DNA of 32,000 nt from positions 120,001 through 152,000 of the forward strand of contig NC_006512.1 in the NCBI RefSeq assembly GCF_000008465.1, written 5' to 3'. The notes under the pieces are model-generated. The model had not been told where the DNA came from and did not search any database. It saw only the letters and a program-made list of their open reading frames with translations. Position numbers and translations under genes: made by a program. The DNA comes from Idiomarina loihiensis L2TR. Lineage in GTDB: Bacteria; Pseudomonadota; Gammaproteobacteria; Enterobacterales; Alteromonadaceae. Numbering within the stretch: position 1 is the stretch's first letter; each line of letters starts with the position of its first letter. Below are positions 15,661 through 23,175 of this stretch, in pieces.

Positions 15661-16668
15661 ATGAAGAAACAGATATTGGTTACCGGAGGCTGCGGATTCA
15701 TTGGTTCGCACACGGTTGTTGAGTTGATACTTAGCGGCTACCAGGTGATTGTGATTGATGACCTGAGTAACAGCAACGCCTCGGTAATTGATAAGATTCA
15801 GTGTATTACGGGTGAGCGACCAGAATTTCATCAGGTTGATATCTGCAATCGGGATGCGCTGACCAAACTATTTAAACAATACGCTTTCGATGCCGTTATG
15901 CATTTTGCGGCACTTAAAAATCCTCAGGAAAGTTACCACTTAAAAGAGAAATATTTTCTGACCAATGTGGAAGGAACACGGAGACTGCTAGCGGTAATGG
16001 AAGACTGTTCAGTTAACCATTTAATTTTTTCCTCTTCAGCCGTTGTTTACGGCAACCCGTCGTGCGTCCCTGTTGCTGAATCGGCTCCGGCCGGAGCGAC
16101 AACCAATCCCTATGGCGAGAACAAATATCGATCCGAGTGTGATTTGGCTGAGTTTTGTGAGAAAAACCTCGCTTTCTCGGCTATAAGTTTGCGTTATTTT
16201 AATCCGGCAGGAGCTCATCCGTCGGGAGTTATTGGTGAGCAACCCATTAAACCTGCAGCTAATTTGATCCCGGCCATAGGCAATGTAATAACCCGAAAAG
16301 TTGACTCTGTTCAGGTTTATGGTGGTGACTATTCGACCTGTGATGGCACAGCAATACGTGACTACATTCATGTTTGTGACGTAGCAAAAGGTCATGTTGC
16401 GGCATTGGAAGCGGGGTTTGCCCGCACCGGACACCATATCTTTAACTTGGGAACCGGCAAGGGCGAGTCGGTACTGGGCGTGATCCATGCATTCGAACAA
16501 GCAAGTGGGCAAATTATTCCGGTTAACTTTTCAGAACGTCGCCAGGGCGATGTGGCAAGCTGTTACGCTCAGGCTGATAAAGCACTTCAGGAATTAAATT
16601 GGAGGGCCGAACATGATCTGCAGACGATAGCCCGGGATTACTGCCATTGGTTATCGTTATCTAATTGA
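15661..16668 (+). CDS. galE: UDP-glucose 4-epimerase
   Basis: ATG 15661 gives MKKQILVTGGCGFIGSH (Rossmann GxxGxxG). Also present are SSSAVVYGNP, the catalytic YxxxK in PYGENKYRSE, and LRYFNPAGAH. Confidence 0.9.
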   Translation: MKKQILVTGGCGFIGSHTVVELILSGYQVIVIDDLSNSNASVIDKIQCITGERPEFHQVDICNRDALTKLFKQYAFDAVMHFAALKNPQESYHLKEKYFLTNVEGTRRLLAVMEDCSVNHLIFSSSAVVYGNPSCVPVAESAPAGATTNPYGENKYRSECDLAEFCEKNLAFSAISLRYFNPAGAHPSGVIGEQPIKPAANLIPAIGNVITRKVDSVQVYGGDYSTCDGTAIRDYIHVCDVAKGHVAALEAGFARTGHHIFNLGTGKGESVLGVIHAFEQASGQIIPVNFSERRQGDVASCYAQADKALQELNWRAEHDLQTIARDYCHWLSLSN

Positions 16669-17195
16669 TACAGCAATACAGCGTCTTCTCTCTCAGATGA
16701 ATCGCTCTGATAAGCACAGAGTAAAAAAGGCTCTATCTGAAAGTATTTTGCTGAGTGCTTTTGTCTGTGAAGAGGCCTCTCTAGTACGCTAAGTAAAGGT
16801 ACACCCGAGGCTTTCGCGAAAGCTTCAGCCAGAGTCCAGTGATGAAAAAAATCACTTTTAGTTAAGGTACTGCCAGCCAGAAAACCGTCCTTATAATAGT
16901 CGCGAATACGGTGGTAGTCTTTTCGTGTATGCACATTCTCCAGGTCAATGCCTATAGTACTTGTCGTCGAGTAAGCCGCTGCGATACACCCTGATTTATG
17001 AGAAAGAGAACAGTAAACAGGGCATCCATCCACATTTAACAGCGGCGCACCGGAATCGCTGTTTTCAATAGAAATTCGCTGAGGTTCAGTAGCAGGCCAA
17101 TATTTTTTGACAAGCCGCAGCAGCAGATCTTTAGCGGCTGCCGAGACCTGTTTCTTTGATGCTGCTTCGTTGTAGAGTCTATATCCGATAACCAT
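16638..17195 (-). CDS. 4'-phosphopantetheinyl transferase, short Sfp/EntD-type (186 aa)
   Basis: This is the C-terminal 186 aa of ORF 16638..17603, taken from ATG 17195. Motifs present: SGAPLL (GKP-like), CSLSHKSG, IGIDLE (GxDxE) and WTLAEAFAKA (WxxKEAxxK-like). The 136 codons upstream have biased, non-protein-like composition and overlap the next gene on the opposite strand. Confidence 0.7.
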   Translation of the reverse strand: MVIGYRLYNEAASKKQVSAAAKDLLLRLVKKYWPATEPQRISIENSDSGAPLLNVDGCPVYCSLSHKSGCIAAAYSTTSTIGIDLENVHTRKDYHRIRDYYKDGFLAGSTLTKSDFFHHWTLAEAFAKASGVPLLSVLERPLHRQKHSAKYFQIEPFLLCAYQSDSSEREDAVLLYQLDNDNQWQ

Positions 17196-17211
17196 ATGCG
17201 ATGTTATATTT

Positions 17212-17240
17212 TTGAAATGTCCGCTGAGATTCTGTACTAT
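17212..17240 (+). promoter_or_regulatory. Candidate sigma70 promoter for the polyene cluster, TTGAAA-N17-TACTAT
   Basis: TTGAAA at 17212-17217, a 17-nt spacer, then TACTAT at 17235-17240. It lies in the 79-bp divergent gap between the PPTase (17195) and the first cluster gene (17275). Confidence 0.4.
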
Positions 17241-17274
17241 TCCGCTTCTTTTTTGAGTATCTGCCCAGAATCCT

Positions 17275-17943
17275 ATGCGAGCTTTTGTTGCTGATAGTAC
17301 ATTAGTCGAAACCGAATGTCGTGAGCGGCTGAAGCAAATACCAGCTTCTACCCGGCGGCGACTGAGTTCGTATGCAAAAGTCATAATGACAGCCATACTG
17401 GAGCTAAGCGAACGACATCCGCAGTTAAAAGAGACGCCAGTGGTTTTGGCAACGCGGCATGGCGACTTGCACCGTACTGAAAAATTACTACGGGAGTTGG
17501 TTCGTGGCGAGGTCTTATCGCCAACGCAGTTTGTGTTGTCGGTGAATAATGCTGTACTGGGGCAATACAGTATGGCGGCAGACAATCGACAGGCTATGAC
17601 CACTTTGTCTGCCGGTGAGCAAACTTACCCCCTGGGGTGGCTGGAAGCTGTAAGCCAGGTACAAAGCGAAACCAGGCAGGTACTGTTGGTTTATGCTGAT
17701 GAGGTACCACCGGCTGTCTATTCTGGTCAGGTTCACTCGCCAGTGAGAAGCTTTGCGCATGCGGTTTTGCTCGATAGAGAAAACGGACAGAAACTGATTT
17801 TGGATCGCCTTGTTGAAAAAGAAAGTCAGTTACAGGAGGACGTCTGGTTAGTTGCCAACGGCGTTCAACAGATGCTGGACTCCTGTAGCGGCAAGGTGGT
17901 TAAGGACTATAACGGAGTACGGTGGAGCTGGCATGTTGCTTAG
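17275..17943 (+). CDS. Beta-ketoacyl synthase chain-length-factor-like protein (ApeC-like KS partner, no active-site Cys context)
   Basis: 222 aa. IPASTRRRLSSYAKVIMTA is the hallmark RRRLS segment of Ketoacyl-synt_2-type CLF-like proteins. No TACSS-type cysteine is present. It is the first gene of the co-directional cluster. Confidence 0.65.
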   Translation: MRAFVADSTLVETECRERLKQIPASTRRRLSSYAKVIMTAILELSERHPQLKETPVVLATRHGDLHRTEKLLRELVRGEVLSPTQFVLSVNNAVLGQYSMAADNRQAMTTLSAGEQTYPLGWLEAVSQVQSETRQVLLVYADEVPPAVYSGQVHSPVRSFAHAVLLDRENGQKLILDRLVEKESQLQEDVWLVANGVQQMLDSCSGKVVKDYNGVRWSWHVA

Positions 17944-18769
17944 TCTCTGGCAGATAATAAATCGTACCTGGCGGCGTTTCGCTACCGGGCTATGCTTTGC
18001 CGTCTTTGGGCTAGGCGGTTTATTGCTGTCTATTACTGCACTGCCGGCGCTGGCGTTATTATCCAATGGTAATGAGAGACAGCGCGAAGCACGAGCCAGG
18101 CGCTTGGTGCAAATGACGTTCCGCTGGTTTATCGGAATAATGAAGTGGACTGGTGTGTTCAACTTCGACTTTCAAGCGATTGAACAACTTAAAGGAACCC
18201 GGGGTCACGTTATTATTGCAAACCATCCGTGTTTGATTGACGTGGTAGCATTAATTTCTTTTGTGCCGAACCCGGATTGCGTTGTTAAGTCCCATCTATG
18301 GAAAAACCCCTTTATGCGCGGTGTCATCCGCTCAACAGGTTATATCAGCAATGATGACCCTGAAGGTTTGGTTACGGATTGTGAACGCTCTTTAGCGCGT
18401 GGTAATAACCTAATAATTTTTCCTGAGGGCACACGAACCACTCCGGGAAAAAGAATAAAGTTCCAGCGTGGCGCGGCGCATCTGGCATTACGTACCAGGG
18501 CAAAAATTACGGCATTGCGAGTGGATTGTTTGCCGGTGACATTGATTAAAAATGAAGCCTGGTATTGCGCGCCTGAACGGAAACCGACTTTATCGGTGCG
18601 TTATCTTGGTGAAATCGACTCAGCTTCTTATTGCGATGCTGAAAAACTCAGTATTGCTGCGCGTCAACTGACTCGCGATTTACAGAATTACTATGAAAAG
18701 GTGTTAGAAGATGACGGAAAACCTGAAGCAAGAGATCAAAGCCTTGATTATCGAGTCGCTGGATCTTGA
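17933..18769 (+). CDS. PlsC-family lysophospholipid / 1-acylglycerol-3-phosphate acyltransferase (ApeD-like)
   Basis: ORF 17852..18769. ATG 17933 is preceded by GGTGGAG and is followed by an N-terminal TM segment. HX4D motif in IIANHPCLIDV; FPEGTRT motif present. Confidence 0.8.
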   Translation: MLLSLWQIINRTWRRFATGLCFAVFGLGGLLLSITALPALALLSNGNERQREARARRLVQMTFRWFIGIMKWTGVFNFDFQAIEQLKGTRGHVIIANHPCLIDVVALISFVPNPDCVVKSHLWKNPFMRGVIRSTGYISNDDPEGLVTDCERSLARGNNLIIFPEGTRTTPGKRIKFQRGAAHLALRTRAKITALRVDCLPVTLIKNEAWYCAPERKPTLSVRYLGEIDSASYCDAEKLSIAARQLTRDLQNYYEKVLEDDGKPEARDQSLDYRVAGS

Positions 18770-18983
18770 AGACGTAGAGATAGCAGATATTAATGATTCG
18801 GCGGCGTTGTTCGGAGACGATGACGATGGCTTGAATCTTGATTCTATTGATGCGCTGGAGTTAGGTCTGGCGATAAAGAAAAAATATGACGTGAAGCTGG
18901 ACGCTAATTCAGCAGAAACAAAAAAGCATTTTTATAGTGTCGATACGTTAGCGGAATTTGTCGCTAATAACCGTGGTGAGTAA
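18711..18983 (+). CDS. Acyl carrier protein 1
   Basis: 90 aa and acidic. The phosphopantetheine site is GLNLDSIDALEL. Confidence 0.85.
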   Translation: MTENLKQEIKALIIESLDLEDVEIADINDSAALFGDDDDGLNLDSIDALELGLAIKKKYDVKLDANSAETKKHFYSVDTLAEFVANNRGE

Positions 18984-18994
18984 ACGAGGGAACG

Positions 18995-19246
18995 ATGAAG
19001 ACAAGAGACGAAGTATATGCGCGGTTGACTCAAATTCTGGAAGAAGATTTTGAAATCGATTCTGGCGACATTTCTCTGGACGCTAACTTGTATCAGGATC
19101 TTGACCTTGATTCGATTGATGCGGTGGATTTAGTCGTGAAATTACGCGAAATTACCGGCAAGAAAATCAGTCCGGACGCGTTTAAAGCTGTGCGCACAGT
19201 CGAAGATGTTGTCGAAGAAGTTTATAAACTCGTTCACAGCGACTAA
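18995..19246 (+). CDS. Acyl carrier protein 2
   Basis: 83 aa. DLDLDSIDAVDLVVKL contains the DSx serine motif. Confidence 0.85.
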   Translation: MKTRDEVYARLTQILEEDFEIDSGDISLDANLYQDLDLDSIDAVDLVVKLREITGKKISPDAFKAVRTVEDVVEEVYKLVHSD

Positions 19247-19794
19247 TGAAAAACGGTCTGCGCTTATTAATCAGTGGTTTACTGATTGCCTACCCGCTAC
19301 TTGTCTGGTGGCTGGCGCAGAACGGGCTAACTAACTGGTTATTGCTGGTTCTGCTGGCATTACTGAGTTTAAGTATTGTTTCCCAGGGCATTCGTCACCC
19401 CAGAAGCTGGCTTACGCTGGCAGTACTTCTGGTTGTTTCAGTGACAGCTATTTTCGCAGACCAGTTGACTGGCGTGCTGTTTTATCCCGTTTGGATGAAC
19501 AGCGCCTTGTTGCTGGTTTTCCTTGCATCATTATGGCGCAAACCAGCGGTGATAACTCGCCTTGCCATGCTTATGGAAGGTTCCTTGTCAGATAAAGCGG
19601 TTGCTTACACTGAAAAAGTGACGCTGGTCTGGGCGATATTTTTCCTCGTGAATGGCGCTATTTCGCTGGTAACTGCGGTGCATGGCGACCTCAAACTCTG
19701 GACGCTATACAACGGTTTTATCTCCTATGTTCTGATTGGGTTACTCTTTGTGATTGAGTGGAGTGTGCGACGTGTTGTTAAACATAAACACTGA
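19246..19794 (+). CDS. Small polytopic membrane protein of APE-type clusters (ApeG-like)
   Basis: 182 aa with about 5 hydrophobic helices. Its start overlaps the ACP2 stop (TAATG). No catalytic motif was recognised. Confidence 0.5.
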   Translation: MKNGLRLLISGLLIAYPLLVWWLAQNGLTNWLLLVLLALLSLSIVSQGIRHPRSWLTLAVLLVVSVTAIFADQLTGVLFYPVWMNSALLLVFLASLWRKPAVITRLAMLMEGSLSDKAVAYTEKVTLVWAIFFLVNGAISLVTAVHGDLKLWTLYNGFISYVLIGLLFVIEWSVRRVVKHKH

Positions 19795-21121
19795 GCAATG
19801 GCAGCTGCAATGGCAGCAAGCAGATGCTGAGCTGGCCGTAGTGAAAGGACAGTCTATCAGCGCATCGGTGTGGCGAAAGGATATTGCGGCGGCAACCCAC
19901 TGGCTAAGTGAACAAGACGGCGATGCGCTGCTTTATCATCGCGACTGGTATCATTTTAGTGTCTGGCTGTTCGCTTTACTCAATAGTAAAAAGAGAATTG
20001 TTCTGCCAGCAAATGATAAGCCGGCAACTTTATCAGAGCTGTCGTTGCACTATTCGTTCAGAGTCCCTTCTGAATTACCTCAACACGCCAGCTCTGAAGC
20101 GCCGCCTTTAACGCTAAATGGCAGCTTAAATTCTCAACTGACCTTTTTCACCTCGGGCAGCAGTGGCAAACCCAAAGCCGTCAGAAAAACGCTCAGGCAG
20201 TTATGGTTAGAAGTGATTACGCTGGAACAAACCTTTGCGGAGCAATTAGGGCCGGCCAATATACTGTCAACGGTCACACATCAGCACATTTACGGATTGT
20301 TATTCACGGTACTCTGGCCTCTTGCTGCGCGCCGCCCGGTGACTTTGCCTTTGGTCGACTACCCTGAGCAGTTGCAGCAAATATTGGCGAAAGCTAACCG
20401 CCAGCGTTACGCTTTAATAAGCAGCCCTGCGCATTTGCAGCGGCTGGATAATTTACCTCAGCTTGCTAAGTACAGCCATTCTTTGGCCACGGTCTTCTCA
20501 TCAGGCGGTCCGCTATCCAATTCTGTTCCTGAAGATTTTGCTGAACATGAGTTAAACGCGCCAATTGAAGTGTATGGTAGTACGGAGACAGGGGGTATAG
20601 GCTGGCGTCGGCGCAACCCGGGCTCTAATGAAAACTTTCAGACTCTGGCGGGAGTGGATGCGAGCTGCAATCACAACGGTTTACTGGTTATTCAGTCACC
20701 GTATCTGAATAATCCGCAAAAGCCTTACACAACAGAAGATAAAGCCCGGCTTCAGGGGCAGGGAGATTTTCAGTTGTTGGGGCGGCAGGACCGAATTGTA
20801 AAAATTGCCGAAAAACGAGTGGCTCTTAACGAAGTAGAACAGTTCATTCAGCGCCATGACTGGGTCGAGTCAGCTAAAGCTTGTGTGTTACATAGCCCGC
20901 GTGTTGAACTGGGCTTAGTTTTAATATTAACGCCTGAAGGCGTTAATCAGCTTAGCACTCAGGGGCGATTTAAAGCGCGACAAGAGTTGCGACACCACTT
21001 ACTGCAGAGATTTGAAAAAGTGGTTGTACCTAAACGTTTCCGTTATGTGCAGCAGTTGCCATATAACGGTGCCGGTAAAGTGACACAAACCGATCTACAG
21101 GCTTTGTTCGAAGAGGAATAG
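19754..21121 (+). CDS. AMP-dependent synthetase/ligase, probable aryl-acid:ACP ligase (ApeH-like)
   Basis: AMP-binding motifs FFTSGSSGKPKAV and YGSTETGGIG. There is no in-frame ATG near the 5' end. Candidate starts are TTG 19754, GTG 19763, GTG 19772 and TTG 19775, so the start is uncertain. Confidence 0.85.
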   Translation: MSGVCDVLLNINTEQWQLQWQQADAELAVVKGQSISASVWRKDIAAATHWLSEQDGDALLYHRDWYHFSVWLFALLNSKKRIVLPANDKPATLSELSLHYSFRVPSELPQHASSEAPPLTLNGSLNSQLTFFTSGSSGKPKAVRKTLRQLWLEVITLEQTFAEQLGPANILSTVTHQHIYGLLFTVLWPLAARRPVTLPLVDYPEQLQQILAKANRQRYALISSPAHLQRLDNLPQLAKYSHSLATVFSSGGPLSNSVPEDFAEHELNAPIEVYGSTETGGIGWRRRNPGSNENFQTLAGVDASCNHNGLLVIQSPYLNNPQKPYTTEDKARLQGQGDFQLLGRQDRIVKIAEKRVALNEVEQFIQRHDWVESAKACVLHSPRVELGLVLILTPEGVNQLSTQGRFKARQELRHHLLQRFEKVVVPKRFRYVQQLPYNGAGKVTQTDLQALFEEE

Positions 21122-21128
21122 CAATAAC

Positions 21129-21485
21129 ATGCAGACTCAATTACCTGATTTTATAAGTTTCTCCGAAGGGCTCAGTGACAAAGAAAAGCCTCTACTTTGC
21201 GGTCGGTTTAAGCTGGCAGCGGACTGTATTTATTTGCAAGGGCATTTTCCTTCAACCCCGATTCTTCCCGGGGTTGCTCAAATGGACTGGGTCATTCAGC
21301 TAGCGGGGCAACATTGGTCGACACCAACATCCATTCAGCGTATTGAAGTGCTAAAGTTTAACGACATGATTTTGCCTGGTGCGACAGTCGATTTGCTGAT
21401 TGAAAGAAAGCGCGATGACTGCATCACGTTTAAATACTCTGACGGTGATAAAGCGCTGTCTTCCGGACGCCTGGTGTTTAATTAA
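21129..21485 (+). CDS. Hotdog-fold 3-hydroxyacyl-ACP dehydratase (FabZ-like, ApeI-like)
   Basis: 118 aa with the FabZ-type active-site context LQGHFPSTPILPGVAQMDW. Confidence 0.75.
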   Translation: MQTQLPDFISFSEGLSDKEKPLLCGRFKLAADCIYLQGHFPSTPILPGVAQMDWVIQLAGQHWSTPTSIQRIEVLKFNDMILPGATVDLLIERKRDDCITFKYSDGDKALSSGRLVFN

Positions 21486-21486
21486 T

Positions 21487-22227
21487 ATGTCTCAGTATTG
21501 CTTTCTTATTCCTATTTATAATCACGATAAGACCATCACTGCGACGGTTGAGCGACTGCTGCCTTATGAGTTGCCAATTATTATTGTTGATGATGGCTCA
21601 AATGATCACACCAAGGAAGTTTTGGCGACTTTGGCGGAAGAGCATAAGTCGCTTGTATTACTGCACACGCTTCCCGAAAATAGCGGCAAAGGCGGAGCGG
21701 TTATGGCTGGCTTTCATGTAGCCGCTGAAGAGGGCTTTACTCACGCGCTGCAAATAGATTCAGACGGCCAGCATGATAGTAACGATATTCCTGAATTTTT
21801 AGCCTTATCAAAGCAAAACCCCGGTGCGCTGATAAGTGGATACCCTCAATACGATGAGAGCATGCCGACCAGCCGACGCATTGGGCGCAAGATCACCCAC
21901 TTTTGGGTGCATATCGAAACCTTATCGATGCAGATAAAGGATACTATGTGTGGTTTTCGGGTATATCCCTTGTACCAGACGGTCGGCTTGATAAAGCGTC
22001 GTCATATCGGCACACGCATGGATTTCGATATTGAAATTATGGTGCGTCTATACTGGGCAGGTACACCGGTTTTGTTTATTCCAACCAAAGTGATTTATCC
22101 ACAAGGCGGACAGTCACATTTTCGCGCACTGCAGGACAACCTGAAAATTTCCTGGCTGCATACGCGCCTGTTTTTCGGCATGTTGCCGCGCATACCACTT
22201 ATATTACTGCGCAGGTTTAAAAGCTAA
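21487..22227 (+). CDS. Family 2 glycosyltransferase
   Basis: ORF 21400..22227. ATG 21487 comes directly after the upstream TAA (21483-21485). GT2 motifs present: FLIPIYNHDKTI, IIVDDGSND and QIDSDGQHD. Confidence 0.85.
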   Translation: MSQYCFLIPIYNHDKTITATVERLLPYELPIIIVDDGSNDHTKEVLATLAEEHKSLVLLHTLPENSGKGGAVMAGFHVAAEEGFTHALQIDSDGQHDSNDIPEFLALSKQNPGALISGYPQYDESMPTSRRIGRKITHFWVHIETLSMQIKDTMCGFRVYPLYQTVGLIKRRHIGTRMDFDIEIMVRLYWAGTPVLFIPTKVIYPQGGQSHFRALQDNLKISWLHTRLFFGMLPRIPLILLRRFKS

Positions 22228-22229
22228 TT

Positions 22230-23174
22230 ATGGTGGAGAAGCACTGGGCGAAAAAGAAAGAGCGCGGCAGCTACTGGGGCATCGTTATTGTTCTTCGAGC
22301 CTATCAGTATGGCGGCCATTGGCTAATGCGGCTGATTCTAGCGCCAGTGATCACTTACTTCTTTTTGACCGGGGGGGATCCTCGTAGGGCCTCTCTCGAC
22401 TTCCTTCGTCGCGTGCATTCATATGCTGCTGAACGGTCTCCTTTTACTGCTGAGCCGGGTTGGCGCCAAAGTTGGTACCATTTCTGGCAGTTTGGTTTGC
22501 ACGCTCTGGCAAAAATTGATGCCTGGGTCGGTAAGGTGTCTAAAAACCAGGTGCGTAACTGTGGTGATACCCACTTTGATGATTTAGAGAAACAGCCCCA
22601 GGGCGGCATTCTTATTGGTAGCCATCTGGGTAATCTGGAAGTTGCGCGAGCGCTGGCTTCAAAAAAGTATACCCGGCGCATGAATGTACTGGTGTTCACT
22701 CAGCATGCGCAGTCGTTTAACCGTGCATTGAAAGACGTAAACCCGAAAGTCGATATCGACCTGATTCAGGTGACCGACATTGATATGGGGCTGACTATAC
22801 TGCTGAAAGAGCGCATTGAACAAGGCGAGTTTGTGGTTATTGTCGGTGATCGCACTTCGGTGACTCAGCCCGGACAAACCATAGAGCAGGACTTTTTAGG
22901 TAAGCCAGTCTCATTTGCCTTAGGACCGTGGATATTAGCCAGTGTGTTAGAATGCCCGGTGTATTTTTTGTTCTGCTTAAAGAACCCCAACGACGGGCAT
23001 TACGATTTATATCTGAACCACGCGTGTGACCAACTCAAACTCCCCCGGAAAAGCAGGCGGGAAGCTTTGCAGCCAGTGCTGAAAGCTTATAGTGAAACGC
23101 TGGAGAAGCTGGCGATGCGCTACCCTTATCAGTGGTTTAATTTTTTTGATTTCTGGAAGAAGGACAGTCAGTAG
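22230..23174 (+). CDS. LpxL/HtrB-family (lipid A late-type) acyltransferase-like protein
   Basis: 314 aa with an N-terminal membrane anchor. HX4E context GILIGSHLGNLEVARAL. Overall layout resembles lauroyl/myristoyl acyltransferases. Confidence 0.7.
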   Translation: MVEKHWAKKKERGSYWGIVIVLRAYQYGGHWLMRLILAPVITYFFLTGGDPRRASLDFLRRVHSYAAERSPFTAEPGWRQSWYHFWQFGLHALAKIDAWVGKVSKNQVRNCGDTHFDDLEKQPQGGILIGSHLGNLEVARALASKKYTRRMNVLVFTQHAQSFNRALKDVNPKVDIDLIQVTDIDMGLTILLKERIEQGEFVVIVGDRTSVTQPGQTIEQDFLGKPVSFALGPWILASVLECPVYFLFCLKNPNDGHYDLYLNHACDQLKLPRKSRREALQPVLKAYSETLEKLAMRYPYQWFNFFDFWKKDSQ

Positions 23175-23175
23175 T

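Noticed and set aside
16036-16512. 158-aa antisense ORF inside galE
   Set aside because: galE is supported in frame by Rossmann and YxxxK motifs. The antisense product has no recognisable features.
17196-17603. 136-codon N-terminal extension of the PPTase ORF (16638..17603)
   Set aside because: The extension lacks PPTase similarity, is Ser/Arg/Cys-rich, crosses the divergent promoter gap and overlaps the CLF-like gene on the other strand. The internal ATG at 17195 gives a PPTase with all expected motifs.
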